A model generated the notes under the pieces. That model did not search any database. It had not been told where the DNA came from and saw only the letters and a list, made by a program, of their open reading frames with translations. Shown here in pieces: positions 9,701 to 17,179 of a stretch of 32,000 nt of DNA. How positions within the stretch are numbered: the first letter of the stretch is position 1; the number at the start of each line of letters is the position of its first letter. The stretch covers positions 990,001-1,022,000 of the forward strand of contig OZ252021.1 in NCBI GenBank assembly GCA_965247685.1, in the 5' to 3' direction. The position numbers were made by a program, and so were the translations under genes. Origin of the DNA: Bdellovibrionales bacterium. Lineage in GTDB: Bacteria; Bdellovibrionota; Bdellovibrionia; Bdellovibrionales; UBA1609.

Positions 9701-9988
9701 TTAAGGATAAAGAGATTCACATTCTTGTTTGAGAGTTTCAAAATTTTTAGATTGCTCATCAGGTGAGGAGTCCTCTACAAACTCCCGACGAGGATTGAGA
9801 CGAGGATTGGTAAGATGGATTTGATAAGCATCATTATCATCATTGAGTTCTTCACAGTCTACTTGTAGTTCTCTTAAGTATTCGTAATATGCATCCTGTT
9901 CTTCGTCATGCGACAATGGCACAGCCCAAGAAAAAAATGTTAAGCTGAGAGCTATAAAAGCAAACGAAATAAATAATTTATTCAACAT
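9701..9988 (-). CDS. Small secreted acidic protein with two cysteines (set A, copy 2)
   Basis: Signal peptide MLNKLFISFAFIALSLTFFSWA is nearly identical to that of 9055..9387, and the 5' region is conserved. The mature part is unrelated and acidic. It carries DCEELNDDNDAY and FETLKQECESL motifs that resemble family B. Confidence 0.65.
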   Translation of the reverse strand: MLNKLFISFAFIALSLTFFSWAVPLSHDEEQDAYYEYLRELQVDCEELNDDNDAYQIHLTNPRLNPRREFVEDSSPDEQSKNFETLKQECESLYP

Positions 9989-10126
9989 ATTTCCACCTCT
10001 TCATGCTCTTTTTCTAACAGAATGAGAGTACAAAATCTATACAAAAGATTCAATGTATGTAAATTTTTCATTCTTTTTTTAAGATTTTTGATTTTTTAGA
10101 AGTTTCCCTGTGAAATGTATATAACC

Positions 10127-10792
10127 TTAGGATGATTTTGTTTTTTTAGAAGCCCTGCATTCTTCTTTAAGTGATTTATAGCTTTTTTTACTTGTCTGTG
10201 TTTTTGCCTTTGATTTACTTGTCTGTTTCTTCGAAACAGAAGATAGTTTATGTTGAGTACTTGTGACGAACCTAACGTTATCGTCATCATCTGTCCCATC
10301 AGAAGTAGCAGCAACGAGAGACTCTATTTCACAAGTTATGTTACCCTCCTTATTTACTCCTATAACTTTCATACTAAGCTCTTTTATACCAGAGGTGAAG
10401 TCTTTATCATTAGAAGTATGATTTTGAATCGTTTGTGCAAATAGTGTAGCTGTTCCATTGAAGCGATTAAATTCAGAACAAGTGATATTAGGTTTTTTCT
10501 TCGAGAGCTCTTCATCAGACAGGACTTCTTTGAGCTGAACTAATATTGTTTCATTAGAAGAGGCAATATTAACATCATAGTCTTGATCCTGAAACCAAAA
10601 AAAACTCCCCAAGAGATCAACTTCTGCTTTATAAGGTCCATCCAGACAGTGTGACTCAGCAACAACCACAGAATCTACAGAGGATCTTGTAGGAAGTTTT
10701 TCTGGTTGAGCATTCGGATCTTTTTCTTTAGGTCCACAGTGTGTAAGAGAAAGAAAACAGAAAAAAATTGAGATTAATATAAGAATTTTCAT
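10127..10792 (-). CDS. Family B secreted protein / putative lipoprotein, copy 1 (Lys-rich tail)
   Basis: Leader MKILILISIFFCFLSLTHCG. Family motifs present: C-x-DGPYKAE, YDVNIASS..ILVQLKE, C.EF, YKSLKEEC. GGAGG lies 8 nt before the ATG. Confidence 0.75.
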   Translation of the reverse strand: MKILILISIFFCFLSLTHCGPKEKDPNAQPEKLPTRSSVDSVVVAESHCLDGPYKAEVDLLGSFFWFQDQDYDVNIASSNETILVQLKEVLSDEELSKKKPNITCSEFNRFNGTATLFAQTIQNHTSNDKDFTSGIKELSMKVIGVNKEGNITCEIESLVAATSDGTDDDDNVRFVTSTQHKLSSVSKKQTSKSKAKTQTSKKSYKSLKEECRASKKTKSS

Positions 10793-10911
10793 AAATATAC
10801 CTCCAAACCTTGTGAGAAGTTTATCTTCATCGTTCGGGAAGGGTATAAGTATGAGTATTGAATGTCAATTTTTATTTGTAAAGAAAAATTAGTTTTAGAC
10901 TTTTGCAATAT

Positions 10912-10946
10912 AAAATAAAAAAAATGGAGGCCTTTCGAGCTTCCTT
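10912..10946 (-). terminator. Rho-independent terminator after family B copy 2
   Basis: Plus strand reads aaaaaaaat-GGAGGC-ctttcga-GCTTCC-ttttt (stem 10926-10931 / 10939-10944). On the minus strand the hairpin is followed by a T-run. It lies 78 nt after the stop at 11023. Confidence 0.6.
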
Positions 10947-11022
10947 TTTATTACGAGAACTAGTTTTTAAGTGACTATTCTGCGACTTACTTCTTCAATA
11001 TAACATAGGTGAATGGTAACTA

Positions 11023-11604
11023 CTAGAAGCGGTAAGCTATTGGCAGAGCATTACACTCTTGGCTCAGATCGCTGAAATTTTTAGCTCTTGCGTTTCTTCT
11101 ATAAATACGCATCTCGACATAGTCAGCCTCGAAGGCAGCCTGTAACTTCCTTGCAATACAAGATCTAGATCTAGAGCCATCTGCATTTGCACGATATACA
11201 TGTGCAAAAGAGATAGAAGTCACAATATTAATAAAACCCCTATGATTGAAATTTCCTGCTCTAATCAAAAGACTTTCACTAGATACTTGTTCACTAGATT
11301 GCCTTTCTATCGGAGGACTATTCTCTGACTCAGGTACAGCAGCACGTGCACGTGGCCTTCTAGGGTCAGAGAACTGAGTACAGAGGACATTTTCTCCTTC
11401 TCTTTCTTTAATCTGAACTAAAATCTCACTTGAAGAAGAAGCAATATTGACATCATAGGTTTGGCCAAAAGGACTGAAATTATTAAAGATAAAATCAGCA
11501 CTTCCTTGATATGCACCGTCAAGCGCATTGCAACCTACTATTCTCGATGAATCGCTATATCCAAGAAGACAGAAAAAAATTGAGATTAATATAAGAATTT
11601 TCAT
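11023..11604 (-). CDS. Family B secreted protein, copy 2
   Basis: The start is set at the internal Met (MKILILISIFFCLLGYS) by alignment with paralogs and GGAGG 8 nt upstream; the tracked extension to 11679 runs into the promoter. Motifs: CNALDGAY, YDVNIASSSSEILVQIKE, C.QF, CIA, FSDLSQECNAL. Confidence 0.8.
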   Translation of the reverse strand: MKILILISIFFCLLGYSDSSRIVGCNALDGAYQGSADFIFNNFSPFGQTYDVNIASSSSEILVQIKEREGENVLCTQFSDPRRPRARAAVPESENSPPIERQSSEQVSSESLLIRAGNFNHRGFINIVTSISFAHVYRANADGSRSRSCIARKLQAAFEADYVEMRIYRRNARAKNFSDLSQECNALPIAYRF

Positions 11605-11650
11605 AAATATACCTCCAAACCCTGAGAAGATAATCTTCATCTCTTGGGTA

Positions 11651-11679
11651 AGGATAAAAGTATGAGTATTGAGTGTCAA
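11651..11679 (-). promoter_or_regulatory. Candidate sigma70-type promoter TTGACA-17-TATCCT for family B copy 2
   Basis: Minus strand: TTGACA (11674-11679), a 17-nt spacer, then TATCCT (11651-11656). The same architecture is repeated upstream of copies 1, 3 and 4; copies 1 and 3 have TACCCT as the -10. Confidence 0.4.
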
Positions 11680-11727
11680 TTCATAATCTGTAAAGAAAAA
11701 TTAGTTTTAGATCATTGTAATATAAAA

Positions 11728-11759
11728 TAATAAAAAGGGGAGGTCTTTCGAGCTTCCTT
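11728..11759 (-). terminator. Rho-independent terminator after family B copy 3
   Basis: A GGAGGT/AGCTTCC-type hairpin (about 11739-11757) is flanked by an A-run on the plus strand, which is a T-run after the hairpin on the minus strand. Confidence 0.55.
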
Positions 11760-11808
11760 TTTTATTGTAAGAACTAGTTTTTAAGTGATTATTTTGCGGC
11801 TTACTTTT

Positions 11809-12372
11809 TCAATCATTATGAACGCGGTAAGTTGCTGTAAGAGCGTTGCACTCCTGGCTCAGATCACTGAAGCTTTTAGTTCTTGGTCCGGTTCTACGAA
11901 GCTTCCACCACCATCTCGAACCATGAGATATACCGTCGAGGTAAAATAAACCCCTTGCAATACAAAATCTAAAGCCATCTTCATTTCTTACAAAATATTC
12001 AAGTTTGATAGAATCCAGTGTGTAGGGAAATAGCTTATCATTGTAATCTCCTGATTTACTCAAAATACTACTACTAAGTATCTCCATTTCTGAACGTCTA
12101 GGATCAAAGAACTGAGTACAGGAGATATTTCTATTTCTTTCGCTTCTTTCGTCTCCTTCGTCCATTCTTTCTTTAATCTGAACTAAAATCTCACTTGAAG
12201 AAGAAGCAATATTGACATCATAGGTTTGGTCAAAAAGACCAAAAGGATTCCACCTAGAGGCAAAATCAGCCGTCCCTTCGTATGCACCGTCAAACCTATT
12301 GCACAATATTTTCGGTACATCGCCATATCCAGGAAAACAGAAAAAAATTGAGATTAATATAAGAATTTTCAT
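11809..12372 (-). CDS. Family B secreted protein, copy 3
   Basis: Leader MKILILISIFFCFPGYG. Motifs: CNRFDGAY, YDVNIASSSSEILVQIKE, C.QF, CIA, FSDLSQECNAL. The 5' region is nearly identical to that of copy 1. Confidence 0.8.
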   Translation of the reverse strand: MKILILISIFFCFPGYGDVPKILCNRFDGAYEGTADFASRWNPFGLFDQTYDVNIASSSSEILVQIKERMDEGDERSERNRNISCTQFFDPRRSEMEILSSSILSKSGDYNDKLFPYTLDSIKLEYFVRNEDGFRFCIARGLFYLDGISHGSRWWWKLRRTGPRTKSFSDLSQECNALTATYRVHND

Positions 12373-12494
12373 AAATATACCTCCAAACCTTGTGAGAAGT
12401 TTATCTTCATCGTTCGGGAAGGATATAAGTATGAGTATTGAATGTCAATTTTTATTTGTAAAGAAAAATTAGTTTTAGACTTTTGCAATATAAA

Positions 12495-12529
12495 ATAAAA
12501 AAAAAGGGGAGGCCTTTCGAGTTTCCCTT
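12495..12529 (-). terminator. Rho-independent terminator after family B copy 4
   Basis: Hairpin GGGAGGC-ctttcga-GTTTCCC (about 12507-12527), with A9 on the plus strand upstream, which is a T-run after the hairpin on the minus strand. Confidence 0.55.
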
Positions 12530-12577
12530 TTTATTGTAAGAACTAGTTTTTAAGTGACTACTTTGCGGCTTACTTCT

Positions 12578-13102
12578 TCAATTATATGAATGGAAAGTTA
12601 CAGTAAGAGCATTGCACTCCTGGCTCAGATCACTGAAGCTTTTAGTTCTTGATTCAGTTTTACGAAGCTCCCACCATTCCGGATCCTCATACTCATTGTT
12701 GAGGTAAAATAAACCCCTTGCAATACAAATTCTCAAGCCATCTTCATCTCTGAAAAAATATTGAAATCTGATAGAATCCAGTCTATAGGGAAATAGTTTA
12801 TCATTGTAAAATCCTGATTTATTCAAAATACTATTACTAAGTATACTCATGTTTGAATGTATAGGATCAAAGAACTGAGTACAGGAGATATTTCTTCCGT
12901 CTCTTTCTTTAATCTGCACTAAAATGCTATCTGAAGAAGAAGCAATATTGACATCATAGGTTTGGTCAAAAAGACTCCAACTAGAGACAAAATCAGCCTT
13001 TCCTTTATATGCACCGTCAAGCTCATTGCAACCTACTATTCTCGATATATCGCTATATCCAGAAAAACAGAAAAAAATTAAAATTAATATAAGAATTTTC
13101 AT
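12578..13102 (-). CDS. Family B secreted protein, copy 4
   Basis: The start is set at the internal Met (MKILILILIFFCFSGYS; CAT at 13100-13102) by paralog alignment and the GGAGG spacing. Motifs as in copies 2 and 3. Confidence 0.8.
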   Translation of the reverse strand: MKILILILIFFCFSGYSDISRIVGCNELDGAYKGKADFVSSWSLFDQTYDVNIASSSDSILVQIKERDGRNISCTQFFDPIHSNMSILSNSILNKSGFYNDKLFPYRLDSIRFQYFFRDEDGLRICIARGLFYLNNEYEDPEWWELRKTESRTKSFSDLSQECNALTVTFHSYN

Positions 13103-13151
13103 AAATATACCTCTAAATCCTGTGAGAAGATAATCTTCATCTCTTGGGTTA

Positions 13152-13180
13152 AGGATAAAAGTATGAGTATTGAGTGTCAA
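13152..13180 (-). promoter_or_regulatory. Candidate sigma70-type promoter TTGACA-17-TATCCT for family B copy 4
   Basis: Minus strand: TTGACA (13175-13180), a 17-nt spacer, then TATCCT (13152-13157). Confidence 0.4.
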
Positions 13181-13227
13181 TTTTTATCTGTAAAGGAAAA
13201 TTAGTTTTAGATCTTTGTAATATAAAA

Positions 13228-13258
13228 TAAAAAAAAAGGAAGTCTTTCGAGCTTCCCT
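13228..13258 (-). terminator. Rho-independent terminator after family B copy 5
   Basis: Hairpin GGAAGT-ctttcga-GCTTCC (about 13238-13256), flanked by an A-run and a T-run. Confidence 0.55.
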
Positions 13259-13296
13259 TTTTTTTATGAGAATTAGTTTTTAAGTAACTATTCTGT

Positions 13297-13908
13297 CTAG
13301 CTACTTTTTTCCTGTACCTTCTTCTTCTGAACTACTTCTTGAAGAGTATTACACTCCCGTTTAAGAACACTAAAGCTTTTAGCCTTTTCCTTGGTGGTTT
13401 TTCTAGTAAGCTTAACACTTTGACTAGTTTCACCTTCTTTTTTCACGATTAACCTATCTGCAATACAAGATTTAGAGCCATCTTTTTTCTTTGCAAGATT
13501 TGCAACTTCTTTGAAAGAGATAGAAGACACACCATCAGCAAAGTCCTTATGATTGTCTTTTCCTGCTCTAATCATAATACTTTCACTAGATATACTCGCT
13601 TCTGTCGGACTTGTTCTTTCAACGTCAGAAAATTGAGCACAGAGGACATTTTCGCCTTCTATTTCTTTAATCTGAACCAAAACATCATTTGAAGAAGAAG
13701 CAATATTAACATCATAGTCTGAGTCTGGAAACCAAAGATCAAAATCCCAGACAATATCAACATCTGCTTCATATGGACCATTAAGATCGTTGCAGCCTAT
13801 TGTTTCCAATGCTCCACTGCTTTTTCCGCTTAAATCGCTGTCTTCGCCACAGTGAACAAGAAATAATGTCACAAACGCCACAGTAATAATTCTAACTAAG
13901 TTTTTCAT
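13297..13908 (-). CDS. Family B putative lipoprotein, copy 5 (second leader type)
   Basis: Leader MKNLVRIITVAFVTLFLVHCGEDSD. Motifs: CNDLNGPYEA, YDVNIASSSNDVLVQIKE, C.QF, CIA, FSVLKRECNTL. Confidence 0.8.
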   Translation of the reverse strand: MKNLVRIITVAFVTLFLVHCGEDSDLSGKSSGALETIGCNDLNGPYEADVDIVWDFDLWFPDSDYDVNIASSSNDVLVQIKEIEGENVLCAQFSDVERTSPTEASISSESIMIRAGKDNHKDFADGVSSISFKEVANLAKKKDGSKSCIADRLIVKKEGETSQSVKLTRKTTKEKAKSFSVLKRECNTLQEVVQKKKVQEKSS

Positions 13909-13941
13909 ATTTCCTCCAAATGATTTTTAGTTACTGATGTT

Positions 13942-13971
13942 AAAAAAAAGGGAGACCTGTCGAGCTTCCTT
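13942..13971 (-). terminator. Weaker hairpin terminator after family B copy 6
   Basis: GGAGAC-ctgtcga-GCTTCC (about 13951-13969) has one mismatch and one G-U pair. It has the same A-run and T-run flanks as the other copies. Confidence 0.4.
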
Positions 13972-14012
13972 TTTTGTTATGAGAATTAGTTTTTAAGTAA
14001 CTATTCTACTGT

Positions 14013-14633
14013 CTAGTTACTACTTTTTTTTTCTGTACCTTCTTCTTTCTTAACTACTACTTGAAGAGTATCACACTCTTGTTTAAGGACACTAAAGCTT
14101 TTAACATTTCCTTTGGGTTCTCTAAGAAGCTCAGCAGTTTCTTCCTTAATAGTCCCAACTTTTATCACCTTTGTCACGATTAACTTATCTGCGCGACAAG
14201 ATTTATTAGAGAAATCTTCAAGATTTGTAGCAATCTCTTTGAAAGAGATAGAAGATATACCATCAGCAAAGTCCTCATCATTGTCTTTTCCTATTTTATT
14301 CACAATATTTTTACTAGACATGCTCGCTTCTGTCGGACTTGATCTTTTAATGTCAGAAAATTGAGCACAGAGGACATCGCCTTCTTCGCCTTTAATCTGA
14401 ACTAAAACATCACTTAAAGAAGAAGCAATATTAACTTCATAGTTGCTATCATAAGGAATACCATTCCAGAAAATATCAATATCTACTGTTTTATATACAC
14501 CATCAAGATCGTTGCAGCCTATTGCTTCCACTGCTCCAATGCCGCTTGCCTCTACAACATCGCTGTCTTCACCACAGTGAACAAGAAATAATGTCACAAA
14601 CCCCACAGCAACAATTTTAACTAAGTTTTTCAT
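14013..14633 (-). CDS. Family B putative lipoprotein, copy 6 (second leader type)
   Basis: Leader MKNLVKIVAVGFVTLFLVHCGEDSD. Motifs: CNDLDGVY, YEVNIASSLSDVLVQIK, C.QF, C.A, FSVLKQECDTL. Confidence 0.8.
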   Translation of the reverse strand: MKNLVKIVAVGFVTLFLVHCGEDSDVVEASGIGAVEAIGCNDLDGVYKTVDIDIFWNGIPYDSNYEVNIASSLSDVLVQIKGEEGDVLCAQFSDIKRSSPTEASMSSKNIVNKIGKDNDEDFADGISSISFKEIATNLEDFSNKSCRADKLIVTKVIKVGTIKEETAELLREPKGNVKSFSVLKQECDTLQVVVKKEEGTEKKSSN

Positions 14634-14919
14634 ATTTCCTCCAAATGATTCTCTAGTTACTAATGTTAAAAGAATAGTAGGGGTAATTTACGCTCAACTT
14701 TTAAAATAAAGCAAACATTTTTTAAATTTTTTTAGATTACCTTTTCTTCCAATGCCTTAAAAACAGGATTTAATTTTAATTAAGTTCTTTTAAATACCTG
14801 TAATTACTAAATATTATAATATATACATGCACGAAGATCTAGTATTTTTTTGATATGTACAAATATAAATATTTGATAAGAAGTATCAGGTTGATCAACT
14901 GAAATGTGAAAAATTTATA

Positions 14920-15777
14920 CTATATACAAGGGTGTGTTTTTCGCCATTCGGAGAAGAAGGTCTCTGGATTAGGTGGATTTTCTTGTGTCTCAAGTTCACT
15001 GCTTTTGAATCGGATTGCCTCACTAGATTGTCGCAGTTCATTAGTCAAAAATACAGTCATACTTTCTAATGTTCCTGTATCTGCCGCCGTAATGACGCGA
15101 ATTTCTTTCATAATGGTATATGCATCTTCAATAGGGTCACCTTGCTCATCCATTTGTACTAAGGATTGGGCTTTGTAAGTCGTGTGCATACTACTGCTAC
15201 TTTGGTCGTTATAGCCTCTATCTATCATTTGTTGAGAGTCAACAATAGTAAAATCGCTCAATAGTATACAAAATCCTCCAGACACTTGAGGATCATTGGA
15301 GCGCATATGGAACATTAAAATATCGGATGTAGCGCTGTATGCGACAACAATCTTTGTAGCAAGATTAGTTTTCCAGAAATCTAGCCAGCCCCAGTAGACA
15401 TCCACATTTTTTTGGTACACTCCTGTAATCTGCTCAAGCTGTTTTGCAAATGTTGCAAATGATGGAGCAACAGACATATTGTCTTGAGGCTCTTTTGGTG
15501 GAGGTGTTTGTTGAGATGGTTGACGGATTTCTGTTGGCTGTTCAGTCTCTTTCTGCTGTTTTTGGAACGGAGCTTCATTAGAAGGAGCTTCATTAGAAGG
15601 AACTACATTAGAAGGAACTACATTAGAAGGAACTACATTATCATTAGAAGGAGCTTCAGATTCTGCAGGTTTTCCCGTCTTTATCTTTTGTTTTTGAGAC
15701 GGAGTCTCAAGTCCTGGATCCGATCCTGAGCAGGAGATATAAAACAAAACCAACACAAAAGAAATTACAAATTTCAT
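14920..15777 (-). CDS. Family C lipoprotein, most divergent copy (P/S/N pentapeptide-repeat linker)
   Basis: Leader MKFVISFVLVLFYISCSGS (hydrophobic core followed by Cys). VVPSN/EAPSN repeats. The conserved C-domain runs from PSFATFAKQLEQITGVY to RFKSSE...FFSEWRKTHPCI. Confidence 0.8.
   Translation of the reverse strand: MKFVISFVLVLFYISCSGSDPGLETPSQKQKIKTGKPAESEAPSNDNVVPSNVVPSNVVPSNEAPSNEAPFQKQQKETEQPTEIRQPSQQTPPPKEPQDNMSVAPSFATFAKQLEQITGVYQKNVDVYWGWLDFWKTNLATKIVVAYSATSDILMFHMRSNDPQVSGGFCILLSDFTIVDSQQMIDRGYNDQSSSSMHTTYKAQSLVQMDEQGDPIEDAYTIMKEIRVITAADTGTLESMTVFLTNELRQSSEAIRFKSSELETQENPPNPETFFSEWRKTHPCI
15571..15655 (-). repeat. 15-nt in-frame tandem repeat (about 5-6 units) encoding EAPSN/VVPSN
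   Basis: Plus strand shows cattagaaggagctt / cattagaaggaacta repeated head to tail. The translation is NDNVVPSNVVPSNVVPSNEAPSNEAP. Confidence 0.85.
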
Positions 15778-16011
15778 AGAATTTCTCCAAAATAAAAAGT
15801 TCTCGAAGTGTATTTTTAGGTCAGATTTTAACTTTTGTCAATAAAAAAGGGCGGTCTTCAGATCAGAATGGATGTTCAAAACACTAAAATCACTTAATAA
15901 AATAGCAAAACCGTTTCCATTTATATCATAATTTAACAGTTCTAAATATTCAATAAGAAATTCAGATTGATCGTCTACGGAGATTCGATCACCTCCGAGG
16001 TTCCTCTTCTG

Positions 16012-16947
16012 TTATATAAATCTACAAGGGGATTTATTCAGCTGTTCGGAGAAAAAGGCCTCTGGATCAGACGATATTTCCTCACTACTACGTTCACTGC
16101 TTTCGAATCGGAATGGGCTCAACACCTGGGTGAATCCACCAATCAGGCGGGAAGGAATCAGAAGACATATATACAAAATCTTCCAGGCTTGCTAGCATCC
16201 ATGGAGCGCATCCAGACCATTAAAGTATCAAAGTTAGGGCTGTATGCGAATAACAATCCTTACAGAAAGATCAGCTTTCCAAAAGTCATACGGGAACCAT
16301 TCCCAGTAGACATTCATTTTTTTGTGGTACACTCCTGTAATCTGCTCAAGCTGTTTTGCAAATGATGGAGAAGCAGACGTTGGAAGCTCTTGTTGTTCAG
16401 AGTTTTGTTGAAGTTCATTTTAACAAAAACCTGAATAAAATCGACAAAGTACAGATACTTCGTGTTCAAAATAGTGAGCTCTTTTTTCAAATTCTGCAAA
16501 TTCTTGTTCAAATTCTGCAAATTCTTGTAGAAATTGTTCAAATTCTTGTTCAAATTCTTGTTCACGTGTTTCAGATAGACTGTTTTCAGGTTTTTGTTTA
16601 AATTCTGCATATTCTTGTTTTAATTGTGCATAGTCTTGTAGAAATTCTGCATATTCTTGTTTTAATTGTGCATAGTCTTGTTCAAATTGTTCATATTGTT
16701 CAAAGTCATTTTGAGGTTGTTTAGATTCTTGTAGAAGTGTTCCAGGTAGAAGTGCTTCAGTTTCTTGTTGAGGTTGTTCAGAGTTTTGTTGAAATTGTTT
16801 CATTTGTTGTTCGGTTTTTTGTTGAATTTGTTCAGTTTCTTTTCGAAGTTGTTCAATTTGTTGTTGAGACGGAGTCTCAAGTCCTGGATCCGATCCTGAG
16901 CAGGAGATATAAAACAAAACCAACACAAAAGAAATTACAAATTTCAT
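16012..16947 (-). pseudogene. Family C lipoprotein pseudogene (nonsense codon, 1-nt insertion and ~257-nt internal deletion)
   Basis: The 5' part (ORF 16420..16947) has an intact leader identical to that of the 14920 copy. An in-frame TAA lies at 16420-16422. Downstream, the same frame continues with NELQQNSEQQELPTSASPSFAKQLEQITGVYHKK.., then there is an extra A near 16250 relative to paralogs. The domain core is missing between about 16175 and its flank. The canonical end ..SPCRFI-stop is at 16012. Confidence 0.75.
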
Positions 16948-17179
16948 AGAATTTCTCCAAAATAAAAAGTTCTCGAAGTGTATTTTAGGTCAGATTTTAA
17001 CTTTTGTCAATAAAAAAGGGCGGTCTTCAGATCAGAATGGATGTTCAAAACACTAAAATCACCTAATAAAATAGCAAAATCGTTTCCATTTATTTCATAT
17101 TTAACAGTTCTAAATATTCAATGAGAAATTCAGATTGATCGTCTACGGAGATTCGATCACCTCCGAGGTTCCTCTTCTG

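Noticed and set aside
11605-11679. N-terminal extensions of tracked ORFs: MTLNTHTFIL.. at 11023..11679 and 12578..13180, and MYLLHSIHTV.. at 28173..28937.
   Set aside because: Paralog alignment places the start at the internal Met, which is preceded by a properly spaced GGAGG (family B) or matches the long paralog's start (family D). The extensions run through the conserved promoter or spacer DNA.
14890-14899. Perfect 10-bp palindrome GTTGATCAAC between families B and C.
   Set aside because: It is short, occurs once and is plausible by chance in AT-rich DNA. Nothing else supports an operator.
14920-14990. Homology between the family B tail (FSDLSQEC) and the family C tail (FFSEQLNKSPC / FFSEWRKTHPC).
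   Set aside because: Only an F-S...L...C pattern is shared. That is too weak to claim without a profile comparison.
15838-15850. The conserved TTGACA in every family C spacer as the -35 box of the downstream gene.
   Set aside because: The only good -10-like hexamers (TATACT/TACACT) lie 23 nt downstream, and TAAAAT is only 5 nt away, so the spacing does not fit sigma70. It is left uncalled pending start-site mapping.
15967-16365. Plus-strand ORF of 132 aa.
   Set aside because: It lies antisense to the decayed C-domain of the family C pseudogene, and the minus-strand homology to the paralogs explains the region. The same applies to 14906..15178 and 19103..19336, which are antisense to intact copies.
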